Origin: Eledone cirrhosa
Lineage: Eukaryota
Reading direction: 5' to 3'
Assembly: GCA_964016885.1 (NCBI GenBank)
Contig: OZ024750.1
Coordinates: 20,460,001-20,524,000, forward strand
DNA length: 64,000 nucleotides
The notes under the pieces are model-generated. The model worked only from the letters and a program-made list of their open reading frames with translations, was not told the DNA's origin and did no database searches. The position numbers and the translations under genes were made by a program. This document shows positions 1 through 13,734 of the stretch, piece after piece; within the stretch, counting starts at the first letter, position 1; every line of letters starts with the position of its first letter.

Positions 1-307
1 CCTCGACACTGAAGTGAATCTAAACATCGAGTGCTCACGCGGGAGAACCTACAGTAACTCCAAGTTACATTCCATGGATATATATATGTATAAATATTTC
101 GTATCTCAAACGAAATGCGGTTTTAGGAAGCCGTAGCTATGCTAACGCCCTCTGGTGCCAGCCATCATTGGCTGTGACGTCTTCAAGCAGTCTGGCTTGA
201 TGTGGTAGAGATGGGTACACATGTTGTTTAAGTGTGTTTTACTCCGTCAATACTCCGATGTTTCCAGCTGATGGTTGCGTTGTTATTTCTCTGAGGAACT
301 TCAGTCA

Positions 308-913
308 TATGATTCCAGTTCCTCAGCGAAATTAAAACGCAACCAGTAGCTGGCCATATCGGAGTATTGGCGGAGTAAAACACACTTAAACAACATGTGT
401 ACCCGTCTTATGATTCCAGTTCCTCAGCGAAATGAAAACGCAACCAGCAGCTGGCCATATCGGAGTATTGGCGGAGTAAAACACACTTAAACAACATGTG
501 TACCCGCCTTATGATTGCAGTTCCTCAGAGAAATTAAAACGCAACCAGTAGCTGGCCATATCGGAGTATTGGCGGAGTAAAACACACTTAAACAACATGT
601 GTACCCGCCTTATGATTGCAGTTCCTCAGAGAAATTAAAACGCAACCAGTAGCTGGCCATATCGGAGTATTGGCGGAGTAAAACACACTTAAACAACATG
701 TGTACCCGCCTTATGATTGCAGTTCCTCAGAGAAATTAAAACGCAACCAGTAGCTGGCCATATCGGAGTATTGGCGGAGTAAAACACACTTAAACAACAT
801 GTGTACCCGCCTTATGATTGCAGTTCCTCAGAGAAATTAAAACGCAACCAGCAGCTGAACATATCAGCGTATTGACGGAGTAAAACACACTTAAACATCA
901 TGTGTACCCGTCT
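308..913 (+). repeat. Tandem repeat, 101-bp unit x6
   Basis: Unit TATGATT(C/G)CAGTTCCTCAG...GTGTACCCG(T/C)CT starts at 308, 409, 510, 611, 712 and 813. Confidence 0.95.
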
Positions 914-930
914 CTACCACACCAATTCGG

Positions 931-985
931 ACTGCCTGAAGACGTCACAGCCAATGATGGCTGTCACCGAAATATATATAGCAGT
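931..985 (+). ncRNA. Minimal type I hammerhead ribozyme (stem II closing pair mutated)
   Basis: ACTGC-CTGAAGA-cgtcACAGCCA atga TGGCTGTcacc-GAAA-tatata-TA-GCAGT. Stem I ACTGC/GCAGT, triplet AUA. Confidence 0.75.
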
Positions 986-1226
986 ATTTCTATAATTTAT
1001 AATAAACGAAGCCAAATTATACCTATTTGACTTAATTATTTTATATATATAATAATAGTGATACTATTTATAGTTATGTATATACTATAAACAACTACAA
1101 ACAGGAAAGGTCAGTAATTTCTTACTACCTTATTACCAGTAAGAGAAATAGCTCAATGTAAGCGAATTTGTTCTATTATTGTAGTTTGTATATAACAGAA
1201 AACAGTGCCTTTCTATCACCTTTCGA

Positions 1227-1228
<2 letters not shown>

Positions 1229-1274
<46 letters not shown>

Positions 1275-1356
1275 ACCATACACAAACACACACGCACACA
1301 CACACGCACACACAAACCCCCACACACATACACATACATGTATCTCTCTCTCTCTA

Positions 1357-1441
<85 letters not shown>

Positions 1442-1538
1442 ACCATACACAAACACACACGCACACACACACGCACACACAAACCCCCACACACATACAC
1501 ATACATGTATCTCTCTCTCTCTATCTCTCTTTCTCTCA

Positions 1539-1598
<60 letters not shown>
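1229..1598. repeat. Duplicated compound microsatellite block (TA)n-(CA)n-(TC)n
   Basis: The cassette TACACACATACACCATACACAAAC...CATGTATCTCTC occurs twice, at about 1263 and about 1431. Confidence 0.85.
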
Positions 1599-1599
<1 letters not shown>

Positions 1600-1602
<3 letters not shown>

Positions 1603-1779
1603 TAATAATAATAAATGTGGAGACTAAAATCCAAAGAGGGCTCGATAAGGATAAATATATATCAAATATATAAGAACCCTAGAGCAAATATTTATTGAAA
1701 TAACAGGCTAAAGATTAGGCAAAGAATCACTGCTTTCAGCCTTAACCGTTAAGGGTGAAAGAAGCGATTATTTGCTTTA

Positions 1780-1785
<6 letters not shown>
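1600..1785 (-). mobile_element. (TA)n-inserted short element, family O copy 1, with terminal hairpin
   Basis: Homologous to 7365-7525 and 36280-36400 (AATAATAAAT..GACTAAAATC.AAAGAGGGCTCGATAAGG). Hairpin AATCACTGCTTTCAGCCTTAAC/GTTAAGGGTGAAAGAAGCGATT at about 1724-1770. Confidence 0.7.
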
Positions 1786-1833
<48 letters not shown>

Positions 1834-2989
1834 TAATTAGGACTGATACTAACACACCATGGTTCAACACTGTTTCTGGACAATACATCGTCACCTTTTC
1901 AAGGCGAAAACAATTTCATTTGATGGTATTTATTCGTATCAAACACATTTCCATACACCGATGACATCACATTTTCTACATAACTTTCTCTCCATTTTAT
2001 ATCGCATTTACACATATGAAACAAGTTTTTCAGTGAATGAAACGTAATCAATAAATTAACTTTGATGTATTATAACACGTCGATTTAACTCTTATTTAGC
2101 ATATCAGTATAAAGTGTGTTTTAAGTTGAGAATAATTTAACATGATGGGACGGTGGTATATGATAGTGATACAGATGACAACTATCAGATTTAATTAGCC
2201 TATATATATTTTATATGTGAGAAAATAAAAACAAATATTAAAAGAAATTCTTGGCATTGTATAACTGGTGTCTGGAGAAAATTAAGTTCCCGGCATTCAC
2301 ATCATTAAAACTAAAACACTATTTAAGTACCGAGAGAAAAGCGGTATATATTTTATATATTTTATTAGCAATCACCAGAAATAATTTTATATTCCCGTGT
2401 GTGTATCATGTTTTGGCATCAGACCAGACTACATAGCAAATAATCACCAGGAAGTTGTCCTTTGGCAGCAAAATAGTATGAGGTTAAAGAGATCAATTAA
2501 GAACTGTTGTCAGTTTTTGAAGATTTATTTCGATCCAAGCACTGCACATAAAATAGATGATGAGCAGAAGGTCGAAGCAGTCAAACCCCTACACAAACCA
2601 TCACACAAACATGCTGTTTTCCAATCACACATTTCTATACATTAATATGTAGACATTTAGCTCTATATACACGTGTGCATTTGTTATCTGTATTTTACTC
2701 ACGCATGTGTTATCTGTATTTTACTGTTAGAATAATGTCTAAGATTGGTGATATGTATTTAATGACACTGCAGGTGTTGCTCGTATTGTGACTTCATGAT
2801 GGTAGACACATATCTATACACGATGAGGAACTGGCATTATTGTTAATGTGGTGGATAAAATCTTTAGTAGTCATTTTTTACTTTGTTCAAATCATGAAAT
2901 CATACAGCTTTTAACATTGTCTTTCATCATTTTAAGAAAACCTACTGTACTAATAGGAAATATATTATATGTAAAGTAAACCCCTGGAT

Positions 2990-3290
2990 AAACTGTAAAA
3001 CTGGAAACGTAGTCTATAGCATAAGATGTACAGAGGATACTTGCAGAAACACGACAACATACATAGGCGAGACAGCTGGTAGCATAGTTGAAAGGATAGA
3101 CCAACACTAGGGGGAACTAAAAGGACGAAAAAACGATCCAGTACTATACAAACACGCCAGACGGTAACATAGACAACATAGAAATTACAATAATATCTAA
3201 ACATAGAAATAACCCAGCAGATAGGCAAATCAGAGAGGCAAGTGAAATAGAACTTAGAAGGCCAAAGCTAAACAGAAAAAAGGAATGGAA
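2990..3290 (+). pseudogene. Penelope-like element GIY-YIG endonuclease relic
   Basis: Manual translation from 3000 gives TGNVVYSIRCTEDTCRNTTTYIGETAGSIVERIDQH*; after a frameshift, DNIEITIISKHRNNPADRQIREASEIELRRPKLNRKKEW. These are the VVY/YIGET/R/REA/P.LN hallmarks of PLE endonucleases. Confidence 0.88.
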
Positions 3291-3515
3291 TAACAACAAC
3301 ACCCAAAAAAACAATATTGACCTAGGAGAAATATAAATAAATAAATAAATTTATACACGAGCACAATAACAACAAACACATATAAACACACACTAATAAA
3401 CTAAGATAGAATACAATAACAAAAACACAGTCACCCAAACGCGAACACACACCAAACACAATCTACACACGCCAACGCATGCGCAGAAAAGACAGAAACA
3501 AAAATAAATAAATAA

Positions 3516-3642
3516 AGAAAAAGAAGAAGAAGAAGAAGAAGAAGAAGAAGAAGAAGAAGAAGAAGAAGAAGAAGAAGAAGAAGAAGAAGAAGAAGAAGAA
3601 GAAGAAGAAGAAGAAGAAGAAGAAGAAGAAGAAGAAGAAGAA
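3516..3642. repeat. (GAA)n microsatellite
   Basis: Pure AAG triplet run directly after AATAAATAAATAAA. Confidence 0.97.
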
Positions 3643-5999
3643 AGCTCAGTCTTTGATTGGTACTTAATTTACCTCGAATGTATGAATGTATGAAGAGTAC
3701 CTGAACCAATAACATGAAGAATTCTAAGGACTTTGCCATTTTGTCGCCTTGGTGTTCTGTACATATGACTATATGTGATATTATCGATTTCTGTTTTTTG
3801 GCATCGTTCCAATGATATTTACCAATGTAAGAGTGTATATTCTAAGTAAACAGAATCTGCGAAATCTACCGGTGGTAAATGTCAGCAATTAGTAAATATA
3901 AATACTTTAAACTCACAGCAAAACAATTCAATCAACTTTTGAACAGTCTATTGAATTAATTTTGGTAATATTGGTGGGTTTGATTGTATGAATTCTCTTC
4001 TCTTCGGTAGGCAATATTATTCCGGTAGGATTTGAACTAAAGTAATTAAACATGGTGTATAATAAATTACGGTATGATTGTGTGTATCTCAATTCACTGC
4101 ATGTATTGATGGAAATAACATAGTGGATGTTGCATTATATGTAGATAAATGGCAAACGTATGTTCATTAACAGAAAGTGGAGTTTCATTTAGAATAAATT
4201 ATTCTATGTGTTTATCCAATAAATGTTATTACATTTCATTTAGGAATATATTATGTGTTATGGAAGAGGAAGTAATATCTGGAATGCAAGTTCTTAATCG
4301 TTAATTGTTATATATAGTTTTCAATAAAGCCGATTCAGTTCTGGAAAGAGAAAATAGGAAAATATATTAGTTATTGTTGAAGAGCTCACAGATTAGTTCA
4401 CATTGAATGGACCAACGAAGGTTTCGAGAGTGAGTGTTCCAGTTATTCAATCTTCATCGCAGTCTGCTCGTGAAATCAAACAACAAGCGGATAATCACTC
4501 TACCGATGCACGAAACATTAACGTAACTCTCAGGTATATTCAGGCTGACAGAGTCTGTGACAAGGTTAACCCTTTGAGTTGCAGGTAAAATCCAACTGGC
4601 GAGCTTCCAACAGTCTTTAGCTAACCACATACACTTCCAATGCATTGATGAAGTCGCGAATAATGTAAAGGGCATTTGTCTAACACTTCGTTCAGTTTCT
4701 TCGCGCCAGATAACTAATATTTGCTAAAAGAAAAAGCTCAACACTCCTTGGGGTACTGCAACTACATATTTCCATAAGTTTGTGAGTCAAACAGTTAGTC
4801 AAGAAGTGAAATGTACCATGACATGGGGTTAAATTGCAATTATCACCCAGGTTACATCATATACTTGTCGAATATCCTTGGATTCCCCAGAAAGAATTGT
4901 TTGAGGCTGGTTCACCAATAAAAAAAATCACTATTTTCTAGACACGTGCTTTGTTATTTCATATATTTGTTTTGTTATTAAAGGTAAATGACTCTCATTG
5001 GTTAACATCTCATATATCGGTGTCCATCTACATATTGTGAGTATATATTTTGTCTGCCCCAATCCATTGAGTTTAATATACATAATCATGTTGCTGGTTC
5101 TGACAAAAATGTATTTGACAGCTTTAAAAGAAACAGCTGAAACGTATATGCCTATAATGTCTATATGCATCTACATCTTCATGGAGGATAGGTATATAGT
5201 TAATAAATTAGCTTCGCAGTATTTAGGTCCTCCGTTCGGTGACAATACTTGGGATTATATGCACATGTCAAGTATACTAACTTCGGATCGAATCATGATT
5301 TATGAGTGAAATGTGATCGAATGGACTATAACTTAATTCAAATGAGTTGCCTCGTTACACAGTTTGAAGATGAATATACCCGAGTAGCAAAGTTCTTATG
5401 AGAATACTAAGCCACTTAGAGAGTGATTTCACATCTTTAACATCGATCGTCGAAAGTGAAGGAGGTCCATTCCATTATCTAAGTTAACCTATAACATAAG
5501 ATATACTATAATACTCTACTAAACCACAATTATTGTTCTGTGTAATTAACAAATGTTCTCTTAAATTGTTTTACTGTATCCATTGCCATGATAAATGTGT
5601 CCACCAGCAGGAAACATGTTGTAACGGATTGTCACAAACGCAGCAAAGGTTATTATGCTTAGATTATCCATTGCTTTTAAATGCATTAGTAATGTGCTGT
5701 CCAGCAGTAATGATAAATCACTCGCATGTATTGATTGTAGACGTATATATTTGAAATCAGTGTTTGATTAGTGATTGAATACGTTACCTTACAAGGCAGT
5801 AATAGCATACAAATCACCAGCTTTTAGCAGCAGCGAATATAAGAAAGCATGTAATAAAAACTGTCATATATTGAACAATCACAATCTCTCTAGTTTATAT
5901 CTAAATACAGCTGCAATACGCGAATTATTTACTTATCAACGTTGTTACAAAAGTAATCGACATTGCGATCATTATCACATAATTATTTTCATTCTTGCA

Positions 6000-6120
6000 A
6001 GAGCATTTGGTTTAGTGGGTTATGGTGTGCGGCCCACGGCTCTAAGGCTCTGAGTTCGATTCCCATGTGTCTTAAGTCATTGGGCAAGAAAATTCATGTC
6101 TCTTTGTTCCAGTCCACGCA
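6000..6120 (+). mobile_element. tRNA-derived SINE 5' fragment
   Basis: A-box-like TGGTTTAGTGG and B-box-like GAGTTCGATTCC, followed by TTGGGCAAG. Confidence 0.55.
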
Positions 6121-6127
6121 TGTCTAA

Positions 6128-6160
<33 letters not shown>

Positions 6161-6164
6161 ACAC

Positions 6165-6201
<37 letters not shown>

Positions 6202-6205
<4 letters not shown>

Positions 6206-6892
6206 AAAGTAATATATATGAGTAATATATATGATGAAACAGCTACCAACACATCTGTATTTATATTGCAAAAGAAAGTTAGCCAGAATGAAGAATATTA
6301 ATTATTTTACCACAGTTCGTCCACATCGATTTAAAATAATGAATCGACAAAAACTAGCTGCGCTGCCAAATGGCTATGATGTTTATACATATTTAAATTT
6401 CAAAGTCAAACCTGTTCAGTAGATAAGTTTAAACCTCAAAATCCAAACATGTTTCGAGATGAATATAAGTGTAGGAATATCATGCCACTGCTCTCCTCAG
6501 TAAACATCCAGAGACAATTGATAAGCTTCACTTCTAAATAATTTAAAAGACTGTGTGACGCACATGGGTTCACAGATTCAAGCTAGTCTCATAACCGTAC
6601 TGCTAGAAATAACAGTCGTATATATGAGGCGAATTTCAGCTCGACGAAGAGCAGTTATATTAAGTGTAATTAATTCTTTTACAATGGAATTAGCTCAAAG
6701 GAAATATTCCTGGGCCGTGTATAAAAGTAATATATATGAGTAATATATATGATGAAACAGATACCAACACATCTGTATTTATATTGCAAAAGAATCTGTT
6801 TCATCATATATATTACTCATATATATTACTTTTATACACGGCCCAGGAATATTTCCTTTGAGCTAATTCCATTGTAAAAGAATTAATTACAC

Positions 6893-6899
<7 letters not shown>
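6202..6899. mobile_element. (TA)n-flanked element with both direct and inverted terminal repeats (pLTR-like)
   Basis: Direct repeat 6202-6276 = 6720-6794. Near-perfect inverted repeat 6657-6762 vs 6794-6899. (TA)n on both sides. Confidence 0.8.
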
Positions 6900-6965
<66 letters not shown>

Positions 6966-7177
6966 GTAATAATGATAGTGATAAACGAAAGATATGTACT
7001 TTGTATCATCGCTATTTATTATATTATATATATTTCGAAGATGCAAAATGTTATGTATAACATAAAGCAAAACATTTCCTCTTAAGACAAAATACATATG
7101 AGATGTATAATTTGTTTCATGATATGCTGGTATACATATATATATTGGTGTATATATATGTATATACGTACATATAT

Positions 7178-7292
<115 letters not shown>

Positions 7293-7310
7293 CTCTATCT
7301 ATCTATCTCT

Positions 7311-7364
<54 letters not shown>

Positions 7365-7368
<4 letters not shown>

Positions 7369-7525
7369 ATAATAATAAATTTGAAGACTAAAATCGAAAG
7401 AGGGCTCGATAAGGATAAATATATCAAATATATATGAACCGTAGAAAAAATATTATTAAAATAATAGATTAAAGTTTAAACAAAGAATCGCTGCTTTCAC
7501 CCTTAACGGGATCTTCTGAAACTAA
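7365..7525 (-). mobile_element. Family O copy 2 (not folded back)
   Basis: Homologous to 1600-1745. Minus strand reads ..AGAAGA-TCCC gttaa GGGT-GAAA-GCAGCGATTC, a degenerate hammerhead-like core. Confidence 0.7.
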
Positions 7526-9269
7526 AAAAATCAATCTCTGAACGCAGAAGTAAATATTTCGAAACACGTTGCAACCGAACGAAGACAGGAAGACGATACT
7601 CTGGTTCGTGGAAACGTTCCCTGGCAAAGAACGGAAAAAAAGAAGAAGAATTCGTAGACATTTACACACAAATACATGCACACACATCGTTTTGTTTGAC
7701 AATAGATTCCAAGAAACAATGTAATTCATTTTTCCTCCCATACTCTTCAAATCTGTACCTTATGGAACACCTAAACTAAGTATATCATTTTACAATTGGT
7801 GACCTAATATGTTTAGGATCAACTAACTATAAAGAAGCTTGTCCAATATATGGCATCACCGAAGGTTTTCAACAAGGTAATATCTAACTGTTCAACATCT
7901 ATTCTTGTATTTCTTATAGTTGTTGCACCTGCCTCTTTCCCGCTCTCATTCTCTCTCCCTCCCTGTCTTTCGATACTTTTCTCATGGCTTACCAGTTTAT
8001 ACGGATGATTAAATTGATTAAACAAATATATACAGGAATCACTTATGTATTGCGTGTGGAGACGAATAAATATTAGTATCATTCTGTATTATACTATAGT
8101 TAACTGTTGATCTTATTATATTCAACGCATAATAATTTTCTTGGGCCATATATTAATGAACACAATGTTCACCAGCTGTAATAGAAATGGAGATCCGACT
8201 GTTTTCGTATTAAGACACTTATGATAAAAAATGTTAGAGTGTGTAATTGCTTCTGAAACAGATTCTAATGTATTAACTTCATTATTGTATGTAGCCTACC
8301 GTCTTCTCACTAGAAACTTCGTTCAATACAGTTTAATGTAATATAATTGCTGGTATGTGGATGACAGATGCCATCAGCTTGCAACCGTCGTATACGTAGT
8401 TTCTATATTTCTTCTCCATCTTGAATTAGGAAAGCGTATCTCACTATTCTCTGCTCAAACTCTCACTGCCATGTCTGTTCATATTATGCAAACAAGGTCT
8501 ATACATTTCAGTATTCACTATGCTGGTACCGCTGTATCAGAGACATATTTCACCATTCCGCAGCGATTCGGATAACACTTGAAGAACCAACGATTTAGCA
8601 AGTATACCCCCGTCGTTCCTCTTTTACACTTTCCTTTAATATATTCATAAATAGTCGTATTCACTCGGCTATTTATTTGCTTGACATATAGCTTCATTTC
8701 TTTCCTTCTTGGATAAATTGTTTGAGTTAATTGGTGGTGATAGCTGGGTCTACGCGAAGCTGAGTCAAATTGGATTCTGGTAACTGAGAGTAGGGAGTAT
8801 CGGAGTTTGTCTATGGAAGAGTTTCTTCTAATAGTAATTGCTAAGGGTTTTATTGCTTATGAGTGAGATACTTTTCAATTATTTAATTGAGTCGGAGTTA
8901 CTGCAGATTCTTATATAGAAAATATGTAATACGACGCTTGCAGCATGATAGCATTCGTCAACCTCATATTAGTTATTCTTGTAGAAGGGTGACGATATAA
9001 ATAGTAGGAGGTATGTTGTATTTTTTGCAGTGGTCAATTTCCCTAATATCCACAGCATGGGATGGATTTGTTATCCATCTTCGAGCAGGTTAAATATTTA
9101 TCCTCATTTATGAATCATTTAATAATATATAGTTAAGATTACTTTTGGTGACCTGGCACGATGCCTTTGAGAAGAACACGAGAGAAAACAAACAAAAGGA
9201 AAGAATATATAAAAATCAGTTTTCACCTATATCTAGGGCGGGTAAAATTCCCTAGATCCATGGATGAGC

Positions 9270-9440
9270 CCCCTCCAGAGGTCCCTGTAATGCATCTTCA
9301 TGAGACCAGTGTCAGTTCTTAGGACATCACCATATGTCAACCTCGGTCTCCTTCTTCTAGTGTGTCCATGTAGGGACTAACTCTGGATGACGGTGAGCAT
9401 GCCCAGCTAACCTCAACTTCCTCTGTGCTACTCTCTAGCT
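9270..9440 (-). pseudogene. RTE-clade LINE 3' fragment
   Basis: Reverse complement encodes VAQRKLRLAGHAHRHPEL...LHGHTRRRRPRLTYGDVLRTDTGL, the same family as 60110-60320. Confidence 0.75.
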
Positions 9441-11073
9441 GACTTTTCATGCATTCTATTCCTTATATTTAATAATACGAGGGTGAGTCATTGTTTGAAA
9501 TGAAACGAATATGAATTTGGTGTTGGTAAACAACGGAAGTTCTCATCATCACTATGACGCATTTGTGTTTCTAACTTGCATTATGGTGGCTGTTTCAAAT
9601 TAATTCTGTCATTTGATATTTGCTTGAAACGAATAAAACCTAATCTTTGCCAAATATAATATTTATAAGTCAATGTTTCTGAATGAGAGTATATTTAATC
9701 TCTGACGTCAATGTATTTAAATATTTATTATATATTCCTCACATTTATCAATGCTATTAATTTATCTTTGATAAGGGTGGATAATTCTAATAGAGATGAT
9801 TGTTGCTTTCATCAATCTCAGCGTACCATTATAACATTACGACGTGTTGCCTTTAGTATTGCTTAGTGAGCAACAAGTACTTTATTTTTTAACATGGACA
9901 TTTTTGTAACGATATTGAAATGACAATTTATGTATTGACCTCGCAATGATGAAAGTTAACTCCGCGTGATTCGAATTCTGCGTTTTGGACTCAGAACAGG
10001 GGATCCAATAAATAGCAGCAAATATTAAATCCGTATTTATAAAGACTCAGTCAACTCGTATACTCGTATACTCTTATGGAAGTATTTCGTAGGTGACAGA
10101 TTTAACTACTACTACTGTAGATTATAATAAATGTCTTAATAAACAGCACACTTAATATAGTGCAATATTTAAGTTACCAACCCTATGCTGGTGCAGTCTT
10201 CCGCATTCCAGCTGTCACATTATTGATGTAGTGCATTTGGTGTAGTGCATTGTCACATTAAATCCTTTGTGAAATCATGATGCATATTAAGAATTCAGAT
10301 TTGATTGTGAGTCATTACCATGCACAATTATTACAATTATAGGGTACATTGTTCCCAAAGAAACAAAACGTATCAATATGAGATAAATCAAATAAGATTA
10401 ATATTCATCTGTAAGGAAGCATTAAATATGTTTATGATTGATATTTTCCACTTAGAGCAGTGGGTGGTTAGCGACCACAAAGCGTGGGGATAAATGCCCT
10501 GCTTTCATTGTTTCTGCTTTTTCTAGTTTGTGTTCAAATAACGACGGAACCCACTTTGCTATGCATCCATTTGGAATCGTTGAAATATAGTAACGGTCAA
10601 GTATTGGGTTCGATTTAATCAGCTTAGTCCTTTCCAAAATATCGGGAATCGTATCTAGATTATTTATGGCGTGTTTAGTAATCATTTGTAAAATAAATTT
10701 AGACGCTTTCATACCTTTAAGAATTTAAACAATGCATGTCATTGATTCGTATCAGCCAGGATTATGATATTAAATTAAAATGACTGTGTTGCTGATGGGG
10801 ATAGAAACTGAAACAAAATGTTTCTGTTTCCATCTCGTTGGAAATTGAAAACTTGCTAGATATGAAACGTTAATTGATTGACCTCTAGAACGTATACTAA
10901 GTCTTCCTCACTACCTCTATATCCCAACTTTCCTCTATAGCATCGTAATAACATTTAACTAAAATCTCAGCGGGGTTAACGTTTCATGACCTAACAACGC
11001 CATATGTCAATACCCTCACACATTTTCTTTTCCTCACATATGCGCACACTCACACACACACACGTATGTATGA

Positions 11074-11500
<427 letters not shown>

Positions 11501-12257
11501 ATATATTCTCACACACGCACAAGCCGTTGCGGATGTAACTGTTTTTAGATCTGTATAGTTGAATCGAAAATAACATTATCAATAATTCAATATTTTATAT
11601 AATTGTGTGTGTTTTATTGTGGAGTAATTAAATGTAAACATAGAGCAACGCCACTTTTAGAACACTAATAACATATATCGTGCATCAATAAAGAGATCTA
11701 CATCTATCAATCTATTTCTGTATATATATGTGTGTGTGTACAGAGTGAGAGGGAAAGAGAAGCTTATATATTAAATAAAAGTTTGAATTGCTACAAAATG
11801 TTCACGAATATCTTTCCGATGCTGTATTTTTATGTGTGATTAACTCGATTTTGTTGTTAGTAACAACTTAAGCCACCAGTGCAAGAACATATGATATTTA
11901 ATATTTTTTTCAAATTATGCTATTTGTTTACTCATAATATGAATCTCACCTATCTTTCCATCGTTGGGAGTAACGCATTCACTTTTCTGTTCACCAATAC
12001 AATGAAGAAACAATAATACAATTATATTCTCTAATTCAAGAAACCTGTGTGCATGTATGGAATTTACCTTTACATGTGCCAGTGCCTTTGTTTCCGTTTG
12101 ATTCCCTGGATATATATAACATAGATTAGAGGCGTTCGACAGAATGGGATCGCTAAAATTATGAAAAGAATTGAATGGAAAAAACATAATAAGCCCTTGA
12201 GTGGTTACGGTGTAGTAAAACATTTTCATTCTCTCCGCTGGGATCATGACAGTCTAA

Positions 12258-13170
12258 TCTATATATATATAAAACTGTGGTTGTCTGTCTGTCTATCGAT
12301 TTTTGGCACACATCTCCTCTTAGAATCTCTCACGGAATTGCACCGAAATTGCTATACTTGTACATTGAGCCCTAGCGAAGACATCGGAAAAAGAATATTT
12401 CAAATTGACCCACTCTATGTGACGAAATCGAATATAATGTATCGATTTTTGAGCGTAAGTTATCAGTTATTTCCCTTTGTTCTGTTTACATTGAGCGTCT
12501 TACGTAAAAAATTCCGCTGGCTTTCTCAGCGTTTAAAATGACATTAACACAATACACGAACAGTTGTCGAGCCAGCAAAATATTGACCTGCAAAATTCAT
12601 CAGTTCGAACACTAAACTTCCGTTTTGCTTCATTTCCATTTAAAAGCATTTTAAAACAATATTTTTACTTGAAAACAAGTCTATTTAAAGACTACGTAAA
12701 ACAAGCAAATATTTCGTCGTTAGGCGTGCAGACAGACAGTCGTGCAGACAGACAGTCGTGCAGAGAGGTGATATACGCGTGCAGACAGATAGTCGTGCAG
12801 AGAGGTGATATAGGCGTGCAGACAGACAGTCGTGAAGAGAGGTGATATAGGCGTGCAGACAGACATAACTGATAATTTGGTTACGCTAATGTTTTTCTCT
12901 GCGTTGCAGTGTTTACATTTTCGATCTTTGTTAATAAATAACCAGTGCAGTTTCTATCCCCAGCATCCTCTTTTGTTATAACATTCGGGTTATCGTTATG
13001 TTTTCTTAACTTCATAAGGCATATTGTTGGTTGAGGGAATATTAATCAAAAACACCACATGCAAGTCTGCACAGTAGACACTACAGTTTTTAAGCCAAGA
13101 AAGAAACTTAACATTGTAACTTTAACACAGCTACTGAGCGACCCCGAGCAACGCCGGGCTTTACTGCTAG
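12258..13170 (+). mobile_element. Non-autonomous Helitron
   Basis: 5' TCTATATATATATAAAA preceded by A (12257). Subterminal hairpin CCCG-agcaacgc-CGGG and 3' CTAG (13167-13170) followed by T. No TSD. (GTCT)n near the 5' end and an internal minisatellite at 12725-12865. Confidence 0.85.
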
Positions 13171-13469
13171 TCACTGATATAAATGGTTACGTGACGAAAG
13201 AAAGGCTTTCTGCAACATTACTTTATTGATATTAAATATACAATAAACATTAATTCTGTCAAATGATATTATTATATCCATGTGTAGTGCGCATATTGAC
13301 CTAGATGATGTTGTCTAAATGCCAATGAAAGAGACTTGTGTCTATGTTAGAGTCAGACACCCTCTCCATTGGTAAAACTGTATAAAATAAAGAAACCAGA
13401 AAAACATGCATACATACATACATGTTTCATGTTTAATTTATCAATACAACGAGTGTAGCAACTTCATGA

Positions 13470-13640
13470 TTAGAGGGTCGAACGCCATGATTTGCAGCAT
13501 GGAGTTACGGGCATTTACGATCTGAGTTGAAATCTCGCCGAGGTTAACTTTGCTTTTCATTCCTACGGAGTCGATAAAATAAAGTAACAGTAATACACTG
13601 AGATGGTTGCTGGCCTTGTGCCAACAGCAGAAACAATTAT
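13470..13640 (+). mobile_element. tRNA-derived SINE (same family as 53144-53323)
   Basis: CTGAGTTGAAATCTCGCCGAGGTTAACTTTGCTTTTCATTCCTACGGAGTCGATAAAATAAAGTAACAG...GGCCTTGTGCC. Confidence 0.8.
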
Positions 13641-13734
13641 TAGCTGAAGCTAATAAAACATGTTGAATATATCAGTAGATATCAGAACAACTGTGCGGTA
13701 TCTCATTAGTGGTTATAATAAACGCTTGCTGACT

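Larger units (their letters stand above)
154..985 (+). mobile_element. Fold-back Penelope pLTR-like element with amplified right arm and terminal hammerhead
   Basis: 154-308 is the reverse complement of the last repeat unit plus 914-968, with hairpin centre TCATATGA at 305-312. A homologous single copy lies on the minus strand at 55501-55673. Confidence 0.75.

Noticed and set aside
308-913. CRISPR-like array
   Set aside because: The units are near-identical over their whole length, with no unique spacers and no cas genes; the context is eukaryotic.
1133-1627. ORFs rich in YI/HT/SL/ER repeats here and throughout the window
   Set aside because: They are translations of dinucleotide microsatellites.
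4400-4900. Possible LINE RT relic (AVPQG on the minus strand)
   Set aside because: A single short motif; too degraded to call.
6000-6070. tRNA gene
   Set aside because: A/B boxes are present but there is no complete cloverleaf; it is a SINE head.
10452-10712. 86-aa ORF as a possible host exon
   Set aside because: No recognisable domain and no convincing splice donor; cannot be supported without a search.
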